This document shows, one piece after another, positions 1 through 8,615 of a DNA stretch of 64,000 bases. Positions within the stretch are counted from its first letter, which is position 1. Every line of letters begins with the position of its first letter. The position numbers and the translations under genes are program-made. Location of the stretch: assembly GCA_019351995.1 (NCBI GenBank), contig JABBOD010000014.1:1457-65456 (forward strand). Reading direction: 5' to 3'. The stretch comes from Acidobacteriota bacterium. Lineage in GTDB: Bacteria; Actinomycetota; Actinomycetes; Actinomycetales; Microbacteriaceae. A model generated the notes under the pieces. That model was not told the origin of the DNA. It saw only the letters and a program-made list of their open reading frames with translations, and made no database searches.

Positions 1-713
1 TCGGGCACGCTCAGTTCCCGAGCCCGATCGATGGTCGCAAGGGATCGCGCGACTACATCCGCGCCGCCGTTGAAGGCTCGTTGCGCCGGCTCAACACCGA
101 CTACATCGACCTGTACCAGCAGCACACCCCTGACGACGACACGCCGATCGAGCAGACCATCGAAGCGCTCGACGAGCTCGTGCGCGAGGGCAAGGTTCGG
201 GCGATCGGCAACTCGAACTTCAGTGCCGAGCAACTCACCGAGGCGGATGACGCGGCGGCGCGTCTGGGTGCCAGCGCCTTCGTCTCCGCCCAAAACGAGT
301 ACAACCTGCTCGCCCGCGACGTGGAACTCGAGGTGCTGCCCGCGGTCGCGGCGGCCCGGATGGGGTTCCTGCCGTTCTTTCCGCTGGCCAACGGCTTGTT
401 CACGGGCAAGTTCACCCGCACCGAGCGGCCGGCCGAATCGCGCATCGCGCGCATCCGTCCGCACGTCGCGGAAAACGCTCCCTGGAGTGCGATGGATGCC
501 TATCGCGCCTTCGGAGAGGCGCGCGGCATCTCCATGGTGACGGCGACTTTCGGCTGGCTGCTGTCGCGGCAATCGATGACGAGCGTGATCGCGGGCGCGA
601 CGAAGCCCGAGCAGATCACGCAAAACGCCTCGGCGGGCAGCGGCTGGAGGCCGACACCCGCCGAGGCGCAGGAGATCGAGGAGTTCTTTCCCCTCGTGCA
701 GCGCCGAGACTAG
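1..713 (+). CDS. aldo/keto reductase family oxidoreductase (5' end outside window)
   Basis: The reading frame is open from the window edge. Motifs 'YIDLYQQH', 'GKVRAIGNSNF' and 'QNEYNLL' are typical of the AKR family. The N-terminus lies upstream of the window. Confidence 0.8.
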   Translation, partial: GHAQFPSPIDGRKGSRDYIRAAVEGSLRRLNTDYIDLYQQHTPDDDTPIEQTIEALDELVREGKVRAIGNSNFSAEQLTEADDAAARLGASAFVSAQNEYNLLARDVELEVLPAVAAARMGFLPFFPLANGLFTGKFTRTERPAESRIARIRPHVAENAPWSAMDAYRAFGEARGISMVTATFGWLLSRQSMTSVIAGATKPEQITQNASAGSGWRPTPAEAQEIEEFFPLVQRRD

Positions 714-1279
714 GCTGCCGTCTCCGGGGCCAGGACGAGCTGGAGCTCCATGGTGATGGTCACGTCGTCGCCGAGCGTGAAGCCGCCGGCCTCGAGGGCT
801 GCGTTCCAGTTCACGCCGAACTCGGTGCGGTTGATCTTGGTCGACGCGCTGGCGCCCGCCTTCACCTGGCCGTAGCCGTCGGTGGCGATCCCGCCGAACT
901 CGCCCGTCAGGGTGACCGACTGGGTGACGCCGCGCAGGGTGAGATCGCCCGTCAGGGTGAAGTCGTCGCCGTCGATGGTGATGTCCGTCGAGGCGAAGGT
1001 CATGTGCGGGTGCTCCTCGACGAGGAAGAAGTCGCTGGTGCGCAGGTGATTGTCGCGCGCCTCCATGGCGGTGTTCACCGACGACACGTCGACCGTCGCG
1101 GTGACGCTGATCTTGCTGGGGTCTTCGGGGGTGACCACGGTCACCTCGAAGCTGTCGAAGGTGCCGCGAACCTTGCTGATCGCGAGGTGACGCACCGAGA
1201 AGGAGAGCGTCGAATGAGTGGGGTCGAGGCTCCAGGTGCCGACGCGGTAATCGGAACGGGAGGCGAGATTTGTTGTCAT
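710..1279 (-). CDS. YceI-like family protein
   Basis: 'YRVGTWSLDPTHSTLSFSVRHLAISKVRGTF' and the beta-barrel-like remainder match the YceI domain. I moved the start to ATG 1279 (MTTNLAS) because the 17-aa ORF-track extension looks non-homologous. Confidence 0.8.
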   Translation of the reverse strand: MTTNLASRSDYRVGTWSLDPTHSTLSFSVRHLAISKVRGTFDSFEVTVVTPEDPSKISVTATVDVSSVNTAMEARDNHLRTSDFFLVEEHPHMTFASTDITIDGDDFTLTGDLTLRGVTQSVTLTGEFGGIATDGYGQVKAGASASTKINRTEFGVNWNAALEAGGFTLGDDVTITMELQLVLAPETAA

Positions 1280-1358
1280 GTCACCAATCAAGCACATGGG
1301 ACCCGTGTGCATTCCCCATTTCGGTGACAAGTCAATGAAATTCTCACGAAGTTCGGAG

Positions 1359-1901
1359 TCACCGGTTCTGCGTCACGATCGCCACGTTGAGTGTTGTCGC
1401 GTACAGCACCCACGCCCAGTAGGGGATCAGGAGCACCGCGGCACCTTTTCGCACCCGCCAGAACCGCAGCATCGTGACCAGAACGCCCACGTCGATTGCC
1501 ACGATGATGGCGAGTGCGATCCACAGTGCCGAGATGCCGAGCGCCGGATACAGGCCGAAGAACGCGGGTGTCCAGATGGCGTTCAGCACGAGTTGCACGA
1601 TGTAGGCGGTGAGCGCCGCGCGCACCTGCGAACGGAGCTCTGGATGGATGCGCTCCCGCCAGATCAGCCAGGCCGAGACCGACATCAGTGAATACAGCAC
1701 CGTCCAGACCGGACCAAAGACGGTGTTCGGCGGATTCCAGAAGGCTTTGCTGGCTCCGGCGTACCAGCCGTTCACGTTGTCGACGGTTGAGAATCCGCCG
1801 ATCGCGGCAACCCCGAAGGCGATCGCCAGGAAGGCGATCAGCGCGCCCGCGGAGCGCGCGCGACCGACGGTCGTCTCCGGTGGGGGAGTGGTGGAGGTCA
1901 T
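1359..1901 (-). CDS. tspO: TspO/MBR tryptophan-rich sensory protein
   Basis: Five-TM Trp-rich protein with 'FWNPPNTVFGPVWTVLY' and 'IPYWAWV'. An AGGGAG Shine-Dalgarno sits 6 nt upstream of the ATG at 1901, whereas the ORF track starts at 1940. Confidence 0.8.
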   Translation of the reverse strand: MTSTTPPPETTVGRARSAGALIAFLAIAFGVAAIGGFSTVDNVNGWYAGASKAFWNPPNTVFGPVWTVLYSLMSVSAWLIWRERIHPELRSQVRAALTAYIVQLVLNAIWTPAFFGLYPALGISALWIALAIIVAIDVGVLVTMLRFWRVRKGAAVLLIPYWAWVLYATTLNVAIVTQNR

Positions 1902-1969
1902 GAACTGCTCCCTGCTCATTCTCCACGGTAAAGCCGCCACCGCGAGCGTGGGGGATTGTCAGCGGACCC

Positions 1970-3328
1970 TCAGTGGCCGACGAGCGGTCCCATCACCCGA
2001 GCCGAGAGTGAACGACGACCGGTCATGCGTTCCTCGGCGTCCGCGAGGGCCATCGCGGCCATTCCCCCGTTGGCGCCGAGGAAACGCAGCGGCTCCGGCT
2101 CCCAGTTGGGGGAGCGGTGGTTCACCCATGGCAGTCGGGTGAGTTCGGTGTCGGCGCCGGTCAACAGGTCTGCGAGGGTGCGTCCCGCCAGGTTCGTGGT
2201 GCTCAGTCCGTCGCCGACGTAACCACCTGCGCTCGCGATCCGCGTCATCGGGTCGTAGCTCGCGCTCGAGTGCCAGTCGCGGGGGACCCCGAGCGGTCCG
2301 CCCCAGCGGTGTGTGACGGCGGCGTCAGCGATCGACGGGAACAGCTCGCGCAGAGCCGTCTGCAGGTGCGTGAACACGCGTGGCGAATGGTCGTACTCGG
2401 CTCGGATGGCGCTCGACCAGTGATACCGAGCGCCGCGCCCGCCGAACGCGAAACGGTTGTCGGCGGTCCGTTGCCCGTAGATCAGAAGGTGACGGAAGTC
2501 GCAGAAGGTCTGCCCGTGCGCCAGCCCGATCTCATCCCAGAACGCCTCGGGAAGAGGCTCGGTCGCGATCATCAGCGAATACAGCGGCAGGATGCGTCGG
2601 TGCGTCTGCGCCACCGTCGCACCGTACCCTTCGGTCGCCACGACGATCCGATCGGCGGTGACGGTACCCCGAGCGGTGGTCACCGTTCCCGGTCTCCACT
2701 CGAGCACCTCGGTCTGCTCGGCGATCACGGCTCCGCGAGCTTCGACGACGCGTGCGAGCCCGCGCACCAGCTTGGCCGGGTGGACGCGTGCGCACGCCGG
2801 ATCAAAAGCGGCGCCGAGCGCTCCCGCGGCCCGGACCCGGTCGGCTCCCCACGATTCGAGAGCATCGACCCCGAACTTCTCCGCTTCGGCGACTTCCGCG
2901 CGAGCAGCAGCCCACTGCACCTCGGAGCGGGCGTATGCGACGGTTCCGCCCTTGACATAGTCGGCGTCGATCCCGGCGTCGGACGCGGCGCGCCCCACCT
3001 CGTCGACCGTGGCGACCATCGCTCGCCGCATGGCGATGGCGGCGTCACGCCCGTGCGCGCGAGCGAGCGACACCGTTGACCTCGGAAACAGCGCAGAGCA
3101 CCACCCGCCGTTGCGTCCCGAGGCGCCGAATCCCGCGATCTCCTTCTCGAGGATCACGATGCGCAGGCCGGGCTCGCGCTGCTGCAGGTACCAGGCCGTC
3201 CAGAGTCCGGTCAGGCCGCCGCCGATGATCGCCACGTCGGCATCCGTGTCACCGGGCAGCGGGGCACGAGGGACAAGCGCCCCTGGCCCGAGCGAGTCAT
3301 GCCAATACGACAGGCTGTCGTAGCTCAT
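1970..3328 (-). CDS. FAD-dependent oxidoreductase (DAO / gamma-glutamylputrescine-oxidase-like)
   Basis: N-terminal dinucleotide fold 'DVAIIGGGLTGLWTAWYL' followed by 'GASGRNGGW'. Size is about 450 aa. It sits in a polyamine-catabolism neighbourhood. Confidence 0.85.
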   Translation of the reverse strand: MSYDSLSYWHDSLGPGALVPRAPLPGDTDADVAIIGGGLTGLWTAWYLQQREPGLRIVILEKEIAGFGASGRNGGWCSALFPRSTVSLARAHGRDAAIAMRRAMVATVDEVGRAASDAGIDADYVKGGTVAYARSEVQWAAARAEVAEAEKFGVDALESWGADRVRAAGALGAAFDPACARVHPAKLVRGLARVVEARGAVIAEQTEVLEWRPGTVTTARGTVTADRIVVATEGYGATVAQTHRRILPLYSLMIATEPLPEAFWDEIGLAHGQTFCDFRHLLIYGQRTADNRFAFGGRGARYHWSSAIRAEYDHSPRVFTHLQTALRELFPSIADAAVTHRWGGPLGVPRDWHSSASYDPMTRIASAGGYVGDGLSTTNLAGRTLADLLTGADTELTRLPWVNHRSPNWEPEPLRFLGANGGMAAMALADAEERMTGRRSLSARVMGPLVGH

Positions 3329-3407
3329 GGCCGCGCCCGGGTCGGGCGTCGGCGCTGGCGTCGCGGCGACGGCCAGAAATGGCCGTCGCTCTGAGCTCCA
3401 GCGCGCG

Positions 3408-4808
3408 TTAGAGCCGAGTCCACGCCTCGGTCAGCACGCTCCGGAGGATTCCCTCGATCTCATCGAACTCCTTCGGCCCGATCGTCAGCGGGGGGGCGAG
3501 CTGCACGACGGGGTCGCCACGGTCATCGGCGCGGCAGTAGAGGCCCGCGTCGAACAGCGCCTTCGACATGAATCCCCGCAGGAGCCGCTCCGACTCGGCG
3601 TCGTCGAAGGTCTCGCGGGTCGCCTTGTCTTTCACGAGCTCGATCCCGAAGAAGTACCCGTCACCGCGCACGTCCCCGACGATCGGCAGGTCGAGCAGTT
3701 TCTCGAGGGTCGCGCGGAAGATCGGCGAGTTCTCGCGCACGTGCTCGTTGAGCTTCTCCTCCTCGAAAATGTCGAGGTTCGCCAGCGCCACCGCCGCCGA
3801 GACGGGATGTCCGCCGAAGGTGTAGCCGTGGTAGAAGCTCGTGGTGCCGTGCCGGAACGGCTCGTAGATGCGGTCGCTGATGATCGTGGCCCCGATCGGG
3901 GAGTAGCCGGAGGTCATCCCCTTCGCGCAGGTGATCATGTCCGGCTGGATGCCGTATGTGGTCGACGCGAACCAGTTGCCGATCCGGCCGAATCCGGTGA
4001 TGACCTCGTCGGCAACGAGGAGCACGTCGTACTGGTCGCAGATCTCGCGCACGCGCTGGAAGTAGCCGGGCGGGGGCGGGAAGCATCCTCCCGAGTTCTG
4101 CACGGGCTCCAGGAAGACCGCGGCGACCGTCTCGGGGCCTTCGAACTGGATCATCTCCTCGATGCGGTTCGCCGCCCACAGCCCGAACTGCTCGATCGTG
4201 CCGTCGAAGCCCATCTCTTTGGCGCGGTAGTAGTTGGTGTTCGGCACCCGGAAACCGCCAGGGGTGACCGGCTCGAACATCTCTTTCATGCCCGGGATGC
4301 CGGTGATCGCCAGCGCGCCCTGCGGGGTGCCGTGGTAGGCGACCGCCCGCGAGATCACCTTGTGCTTGGTGGGGCGACCCTGGAGTTTCCAGTAGTACTT
4401 GGCGAGTTTGAACGCGGTTTCGACCGCCTCGCCGCCGCCGGTGGAGAAGAAGACCCGGTTGAGGTCCCCCGGCGCGTAGTGGGCGAGCCGATCGGCCAGC
4501 TCAATCGCATTGGGATGCGCATACGACCAGATGGGGAAGAAGGCCAGTTCCTCGGCCTGCTTGGCCGCCACCTGCGCGAGCCGCTTACGGCCGTGACCGG
4601 CGTTGACCACGAACAGGCCGGACAGCCCGTCGAAGTACTTGTTGCCCATCGAATCCCAGATGTGGTGACCCTTGCCCTTGACGATGATCGGCGCCCCGTG
4701 CTGCTCGAGCACGGACTGACGCGAAAAATGCATCCAGAGGTGGTCCTTGGCCTTCTGCTCCAGGTCGGAGTGATCGAAGGTGGTAACGGTCTGTTCTGTT
4801 GTTGTCAT
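3408..4808 (-). CDS. class-III (omega) aminotransferase, putrescine/omega-amino acid:pyruvate type
   Basis: 'FFSTGGGEAVETAFKLAKYY', 'LVADEVITGFGR' and the PLP-lysine context 'CAKGMTSGYSPIG'. Length is 466 aa. Confidence 0.9.
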   Translation of the reverse strand: MTTTEQTVTTFDHSDLEQKAKDHLWMHFSRQSVLEQHGAPIIVKGKGHHIWDSMGNKYFDGLSGLFVVNAGHGRKRLAQVAAKQAEELAFFPIWSYAHPNAIELADRLAHYAPGDLNRVFFSTGGGEAVETAFKLAKYYWKLQGRPTKHKVISRAVAYHGTPQGALAITGIPGMKEMFEPVTPGGFRVPNTNYYRAKEMGFDGTIEQFGLWAANRIEEMIQFEGPETVAAVFLEPVQNSGGCFPPPPGYFQRVREICDQYDVLLVADEVITGFGRIGNWFASTTYGIQPDMITCAKGMTSGYSPIGATIISDRIYEPFRHGTTSFYHGYTFGGHPVSAAVALANLDIFEEEKLNEHVRENSPIFRATLEKLLDLPIVGDVRGDGYFFGIELVKDKATRETFDDAESERLLRGFMSKALFDAGLYCRADDRGDPVVQLAPPLTIGPKEFDEIEGILRSVLTEAWTRL

Positions 4809-4816
4809 GGTGTTCC

Positions 4817-5284
4817 TTACCTGGTTCCCCAGTTGTAGAACTGCTTGTGCAGTCGGAGATAGACGAAGGTCTCGGTGGACTGCACGCCCTCGATCCCTCG
4901 GATTCGATGGTTGAGCAGCTCGATCAGGTCATCGTCGTCCTCGCAGACGACCTCGGCGAGGATGTCGAAGCTCCCCGCGGTGAGAACGACGTAGTCGACA
5001 GCGGGCAGTTCGCCCAGCAGCCGTGCAACGCGGGTGGTGTCGCCGGTGACGCGGATGCCGATCATCGCCTGACGATAGAAACCCAGTTGCATCGGGTCGG
5101 TGACGGCGACGACCTGCATGACTCCAGACTCCTGAAGCTTCTGCACCCGTTGACGGACGGCCGCCTCGCTGAGGCCCACCGCTTTGCCGATCTCGGCGTA
5201 GGAGCGACGTCCATCGGTCTGCAACTGCTCGATGATGGCCTTCGAGACATCATCGAGGACGAGGGGCTTGGGGCGGGCCGACAT
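4817..5284 (-). CDS. Lrp/AsnC family transcriptional regulator
   Basis: HTH 'RSYAEIGKAVGLSEAAVRQRVQKLQESG' plus a C-terminal RAM/AsnC ligand domain. Length is 155 aa. It is divergent from the aldehyde dehydrogenase gene. Confidence 0.9.
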   Translation of the reverse strand: MSARPKPLVLDDVSKAIIEQLQTDGRRSYAEIGKAVGLSEAAVRQRVQKLQESGVMQVVAVTDPMQLGFYRQAMIGIRVTGDTTRVARLLGELPAVDYVVLTAGSFDILAEVVCEDDDDLIELLNHRIRGIEGVQSTETFVYLRLHKQFYNWGTR

Positions 5285-5408
5285 GTCTCGATTCTGTCAG
5301 CCGGAATCACCTCTCACAAGCGATTCCGTACCGTTGCGGTCATTTAAGTATCGAAATCAGTAGTCATTGCTCTGGTTTCCGTGCGGGTGGCCGCCGTAGG
5401 GTAATGGC
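5285..5408. promoter_or_regulatory. divergent lrp / patD promoter-operator region
   Basis: 124-bp gap between divergent genes and locally AT-rich ('catttaagtatcgaaatcagtagtcattg'). Contains an inverted repeat gattc-N9-gaatc. No experimental support. Confidence 0.4.
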
Positions 5409-6845
5409 ATGGCTGAACGGATGCTCCGCAACTTCATCAATGGCGAGTACGTCGACGCGAAGGGCGACGATTCCTTCGACGTGATAGATCCGGCGACCGA
5501 GTCGAGTTATGCCCTGTCGCCGATCTCGGGCGCGGCGGACGTCGATGCGGCATTCACCGCTGCGGCGACGGCGTTCGAGACCTGGGGCGAGACCACTCCC
5601 GGCGAACGCCAGCTCGCCCTGTTCCGCATCGCGGACGCGATGGAGCAGCGCGCCGAGGAGTTCGCCGACCTGGAATCGCAAGACACCGGCAAGCCGCGTG
5701 CCAGCCTCGTGACCGACGAGATCATGCTGTCTGTCGACCAGATCCGTTTCTTCGCCGGCGCGGCCCGTGTCCTCGAGGGCCGCAGCGCCGGCGAATACAT
5801 GGCGGACCACACCAGCATGATCCGCCGCGAACCCATCGGCGTCGTCGGCCAGGTGACCCCCTGGAACTACCCGCTCAACATGGCGGTCTGGAAGTTCGCC
5901 CCGGCGATCGCCGCGGGGAACACGACCGTGCTGAAGCCCTCGGATACCACGCCGCAGTCCACCCTGCTGCTCGCCGAGATCGCGGCGGAGTTCCTCCCCG
6001 CAGGCGTGCTCAACGTGATCACCGGCGATCGGACGACCGGCGCTGCCATGGTCGATCACAGGATCCCGCAGATGATCTCGATCACGGGATCCGTGCGCGC
6101 GGGCATGGAGGTCGCCAAGGCCGCATCGCACGATCTCAAACGGGTGCACCTGGAACTCGGCGGCAAGGCCCCGGTGATCGTCTTCGATGACGCCGACATC
6201 CCCAAGGCGGTCGAGGGGATCGCGCTCGCCGGGTACTTCAATGCCGGTCAGGACTGCACCGCGGCCACGCGCCTTCTCGTGCAGGAGGGTGTCTACGACG
6301 AGTTCGTCGCGGCCATGACCGCCTACGTGAACGACAACGTCGCCACCGGCGACCCGCGTGCCGACGACACCTTCTACGGACCGCTGAACAACGTGAACCA
6401 GTTCGATCGGGTCATGGGCGTCATCGACGCGCTGCCGTCGAACGCGGAGATCCAGACCGGCGGAGTGCGCAAAGACGGTGCGGGCTACTTCATCCTGCCG
6501 ACCGTGGTCACCGGCCTGAAGCAGACGGATGACGCGATTCAGACCGAGATCTTCGGTCCGGTCGTCACGATCCAGAAGTTCACGGATGAAGCGACGGCCC
6601 TGGCATGGGCCAATGACGTTCAGTACGGTCTCGCGTCGAGCGTGTGGACGAAGGACCACGGGCGCGCGATGCGATTCGCGAAGCACCTCGACTTCGGCTG
6701 CGTCTGGATCAACACCCACATCCCGCTGGTCGCCGAGATGCCGCACGGTGGCTTCAAGCACTCCGGCTACGGCAAGGACCTCTCGATGTACGGTTTCGAG
6801 GACTACACCCGCATCAAGCATGTGATGTCCTACATCGGCGAATAG
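5409..6845 (+). CDS. patD: gamma-aminobutyraldehyde dehydrogenase (NAD-dependent aldehyde dehydrogenase)
   Basis: Long blocks recalled from E. coli PatD/YdcW: '[23 protein letters not shown]', '[16 protein letters not shown]', 'NAGQDCTAA' and '[11 protein letters not shown]...EMPHGG.K.SGYGKD'. Confidence 0.9.
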   Translation: MAERMLRNFINGEYVDAKGDDSFDVIDPATESSYALSPISGAADVDAAFTAAATAFETWGETTPGERQLALFRIADAMEQRAEEFADLESQDTGKPRASLVTDEIMLSVDQIRFFAGAARVLEGRSAGEYMADHTSMIRREPIGVVGQVTPWNYPLNMAVWKFAPAIAAGNTTVLKPSDTTPQSTLLLAEIAAEFLPAGVLNVITGDRTTGAAMVDHRIPQMISITGSVRAGMEVAKAASHDLKRVHLELGGKAPVIVFDDADIPKAVEGIALAGYFNAGQDCTAATRLLVQEGVYDEFVAAMTAYVNDNVATGDPRADDTFYGPLNNVNQFDRVMGVIDALPSNAEIQTGGVRKDGAGYFILPTVVTGLKQTDDAIQTEIFGPVVTIQKFTDEATALAWANDVQYGLASSVWTKDHGRAMRFAKHLDFGCVWINTHIPLVAEMPHGGFKHSGYGKDLSMYGFEDYTRIKHVMSYIGE

Positions 6846-6957
6846 CCGGTTCGGCTCATCTCAGCCGGGCACGACGTGGCGCGCAACTTCGAGTAATTCT
6901 CGCCATCCCCGGAGGGGGGGTCAGTGCGGGGCGGCAGACGGAGGACAATATCGTTTC

Positions 6958-7620
6958 GTGAGTCCCGATCTCGATGACACTGTCGCGCGCCCGCCGCGAG
7001 CGCGCCACCGTGTCGTCGAACTCGGCCCCGATCTCGATGACACGGTGACCGTCCAGCGTCCGGTCACCGCTCCGATTCCGATGGCCCCCGCCGCGGTGGC
7101 CGTGCCCACGCCGGTGCCGGTGCCAGTTGCCGTGCCCGTTTCGGTCGGGCCGGCTGACCCGCCGCAGTTGGTCGAACCGCATCGCAACGTGACGACGACG
7201 GAGGGATCCGATATCTCCGAACTGGCCGGCAACGTCTGGTCACAGCCGCTTCCGGAGAAGCCGCGTCCGTTCCGGATCAGTCTCGATGACGGAACAATCG
7301 TGCCCCTCGACCAGCCGGTGTACCTGGGCCGCCGGCCGAGTGTGCCGCGGATCCACCCGGGAGGGGTGCCGCTGCTCGTGACGTTGAGTTCGCCGCTGCG
7401 CGAGGTCTCCTCAACCCATCTCGTGCTCACGACCGTCGGCGGGGCCGTGGTGGCCAGTGACGTGAAGTCCACGAATGGTTCAATCGTGCGTGCTCCCGGC
7501 GCCGCGCCGCATACGCTACTGGGGGGGGAGTCCGTTGTCGTCACCCCCGGCACCATCATCGAGCTGGGGGATGGCAACTCGATCGAAGTTCTCGGTCAGG
7601 ACGACTCGACCCCCGGCTGA
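6958..7620 (+). CDS. FHA domain-containing protein
   Basis: C-terminal FHA signature residues 'YLGRRP', 'VSSTHL' and 'STNGS'. The N-terminal half is low-complexity with a duplicated 'PDLDDTV' motif and a PV-rich stretch. GTG start. Confidence 0.78.
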   Translation: MSPDLDDTVARPPRARHRVVELGPDLDDTVTVQRPVTAPIPMAPAAVAVPTPVPVPVAVPVSVGPADPPQLVEPHRNVTTTEGSDISELAGNVWSQPLPEKPRPFRISLDDGTIVPLDQPVYLGRRPSVPRIHPGGVPLLVTLSSPLREVSSTHLVLTTVGGAVVASDVKSTNGSIVRAPGAAPHTLLGGESVVVTPGTIIELGDGNSIEVLGQDDSTPG

Positions 7621-7671
7621 GATGCCCGCATCACGTTCCGCTTCATCCCCCGCACTTATGAGGACCCGCAC

Positions 7672-8568
7672 ATGACCAGCATCGGCGACGATGGCACCGA
7701 GGTGCACGTTCCACTGGCCGGTCACGACGAGGATCTCGTGCTGAGTTGGGCGGCTCGTACGGACGTCGGGCACCGACGCGCCTCCAACGAAGACAGCGTG
7801 CTGGTCGGTCTGCCGATCTTCGCCGTCGCCGATGGGATGGGTGGTCATGCGGCTGGCGACCGTGCGAGCCACGCCATCGCCCACCGGCTCGCGCAGGAGA
7901 CGGGCCCGTTTGCAGAGATCTCGTCATTGGAGCGGGCGTTCGTCGATGCCGGCGCCGAGATCGACGCGCTGGCGGAGGGGATCCCGCTCGGGGTCGGGAC
8001 CACCGTGACCGGGGCGGCCCTGGTGTTCGACCAGCCGGATCCCTCATTCCTGGTTTTCAACATCGGCGACAGCCGGGTCTATCGCTTCGAACGCAACGAG
8101 CTCACCCAGATCACGATCGATCACTCCGTTGTTCAGGAGTTGGTGGATGCCGGAGCGATCGCCGAGGAAGACGCCGACGAGCACCCGGAGAGCAACGTGA
8201 TCACCCGGGCCCTTGGATTCCACGACGAGCCACTTCCCGACCTCTGGCGGATTCCGGTCCGGGAGGGGATGCGCCTGCTGATCTGTTCAGACGGTCTCAC
8301 CAAGGAACTCGGCAAGGAGCGGCTGCGGCTCCACCTGGCGGCCGGGATGCCGGCCGGGGAGACCGCGAGTTCCCTGGTGGACGCGGCGCTTGCGGCCGGG
8401 GGCCGTGACAACGTCACGGTGGTGATCGTGGACGTGATCGCGGCTCCGGCAGCGGTGAAAGACGACGCGGGCGGCGCCCAGTCGACCCTCGAGCATCAGC
8501 CTGCGACGCCCACTCTGGGGGGCTCGCCGAGCGACCCCCCTTCGGGGGTGAAACCCGGATCCAGCTAG
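7672..8568 (+). CDS. PP2C-family Ser/Thr protein phosphatase
   Basis: 'DVGHRRASNEDS', 'FAVADGMGGHAAGDRAS', 'ICSDGLT' and 'GGRDNVTVVIVDV' metal-binding motifs are all present. Confidence 0.9.
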   Translation: MTSIGDDGTEVHVPLAGHDEDLVLSWAARTDVGHRRASNEDSVLVGLPIFAVADGMGGHAAGDRASHAIAHRLAQETGPFAEISSLERAFVDAGAEIDALAEGIPLGVGTTVTGAALVFDQPDPSFLVFNIGDSRVYRFERNELTQITIDHSVVQELVDAGAIAEEDADEHPESNVITRALGFHDEPLPDLWRIPVREGMRLLICSDGLTKELGKERLRLHLAAGMPAGETASSLVDAALAAGGRDNVTVVIVDVIAAPAAVKDDAGGAQSTLEHQPATPTLGGSPSDPPSGVKPGSS

Positions 8569-8615
8569 GAGGCCCGGCTTAGAATGGAGGGTCCTACCGA
8601 GCTGAGGAGGTAGTC

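Noticed and set aside
3327-4838. 503-aa ORF on the + strand, antisense to the class-III aminotransferase. Similar long antisense or shadow ORFs occur at 5364-6821 (-), 11520-14159 (-), 34428-37064 (+), 37967-39529 (-), 50672-52348 (-) and 58744-61035 (-).
   Set aside because: Their translations are Arg/Gly/Asp/His-rich low-complexity strings with no recognisable motifs, while the opposite strand encodes proteins with unmistakable family signatures. Stop-free antisense frames are expected in ~70% GC DNA with GC3-biased codons.
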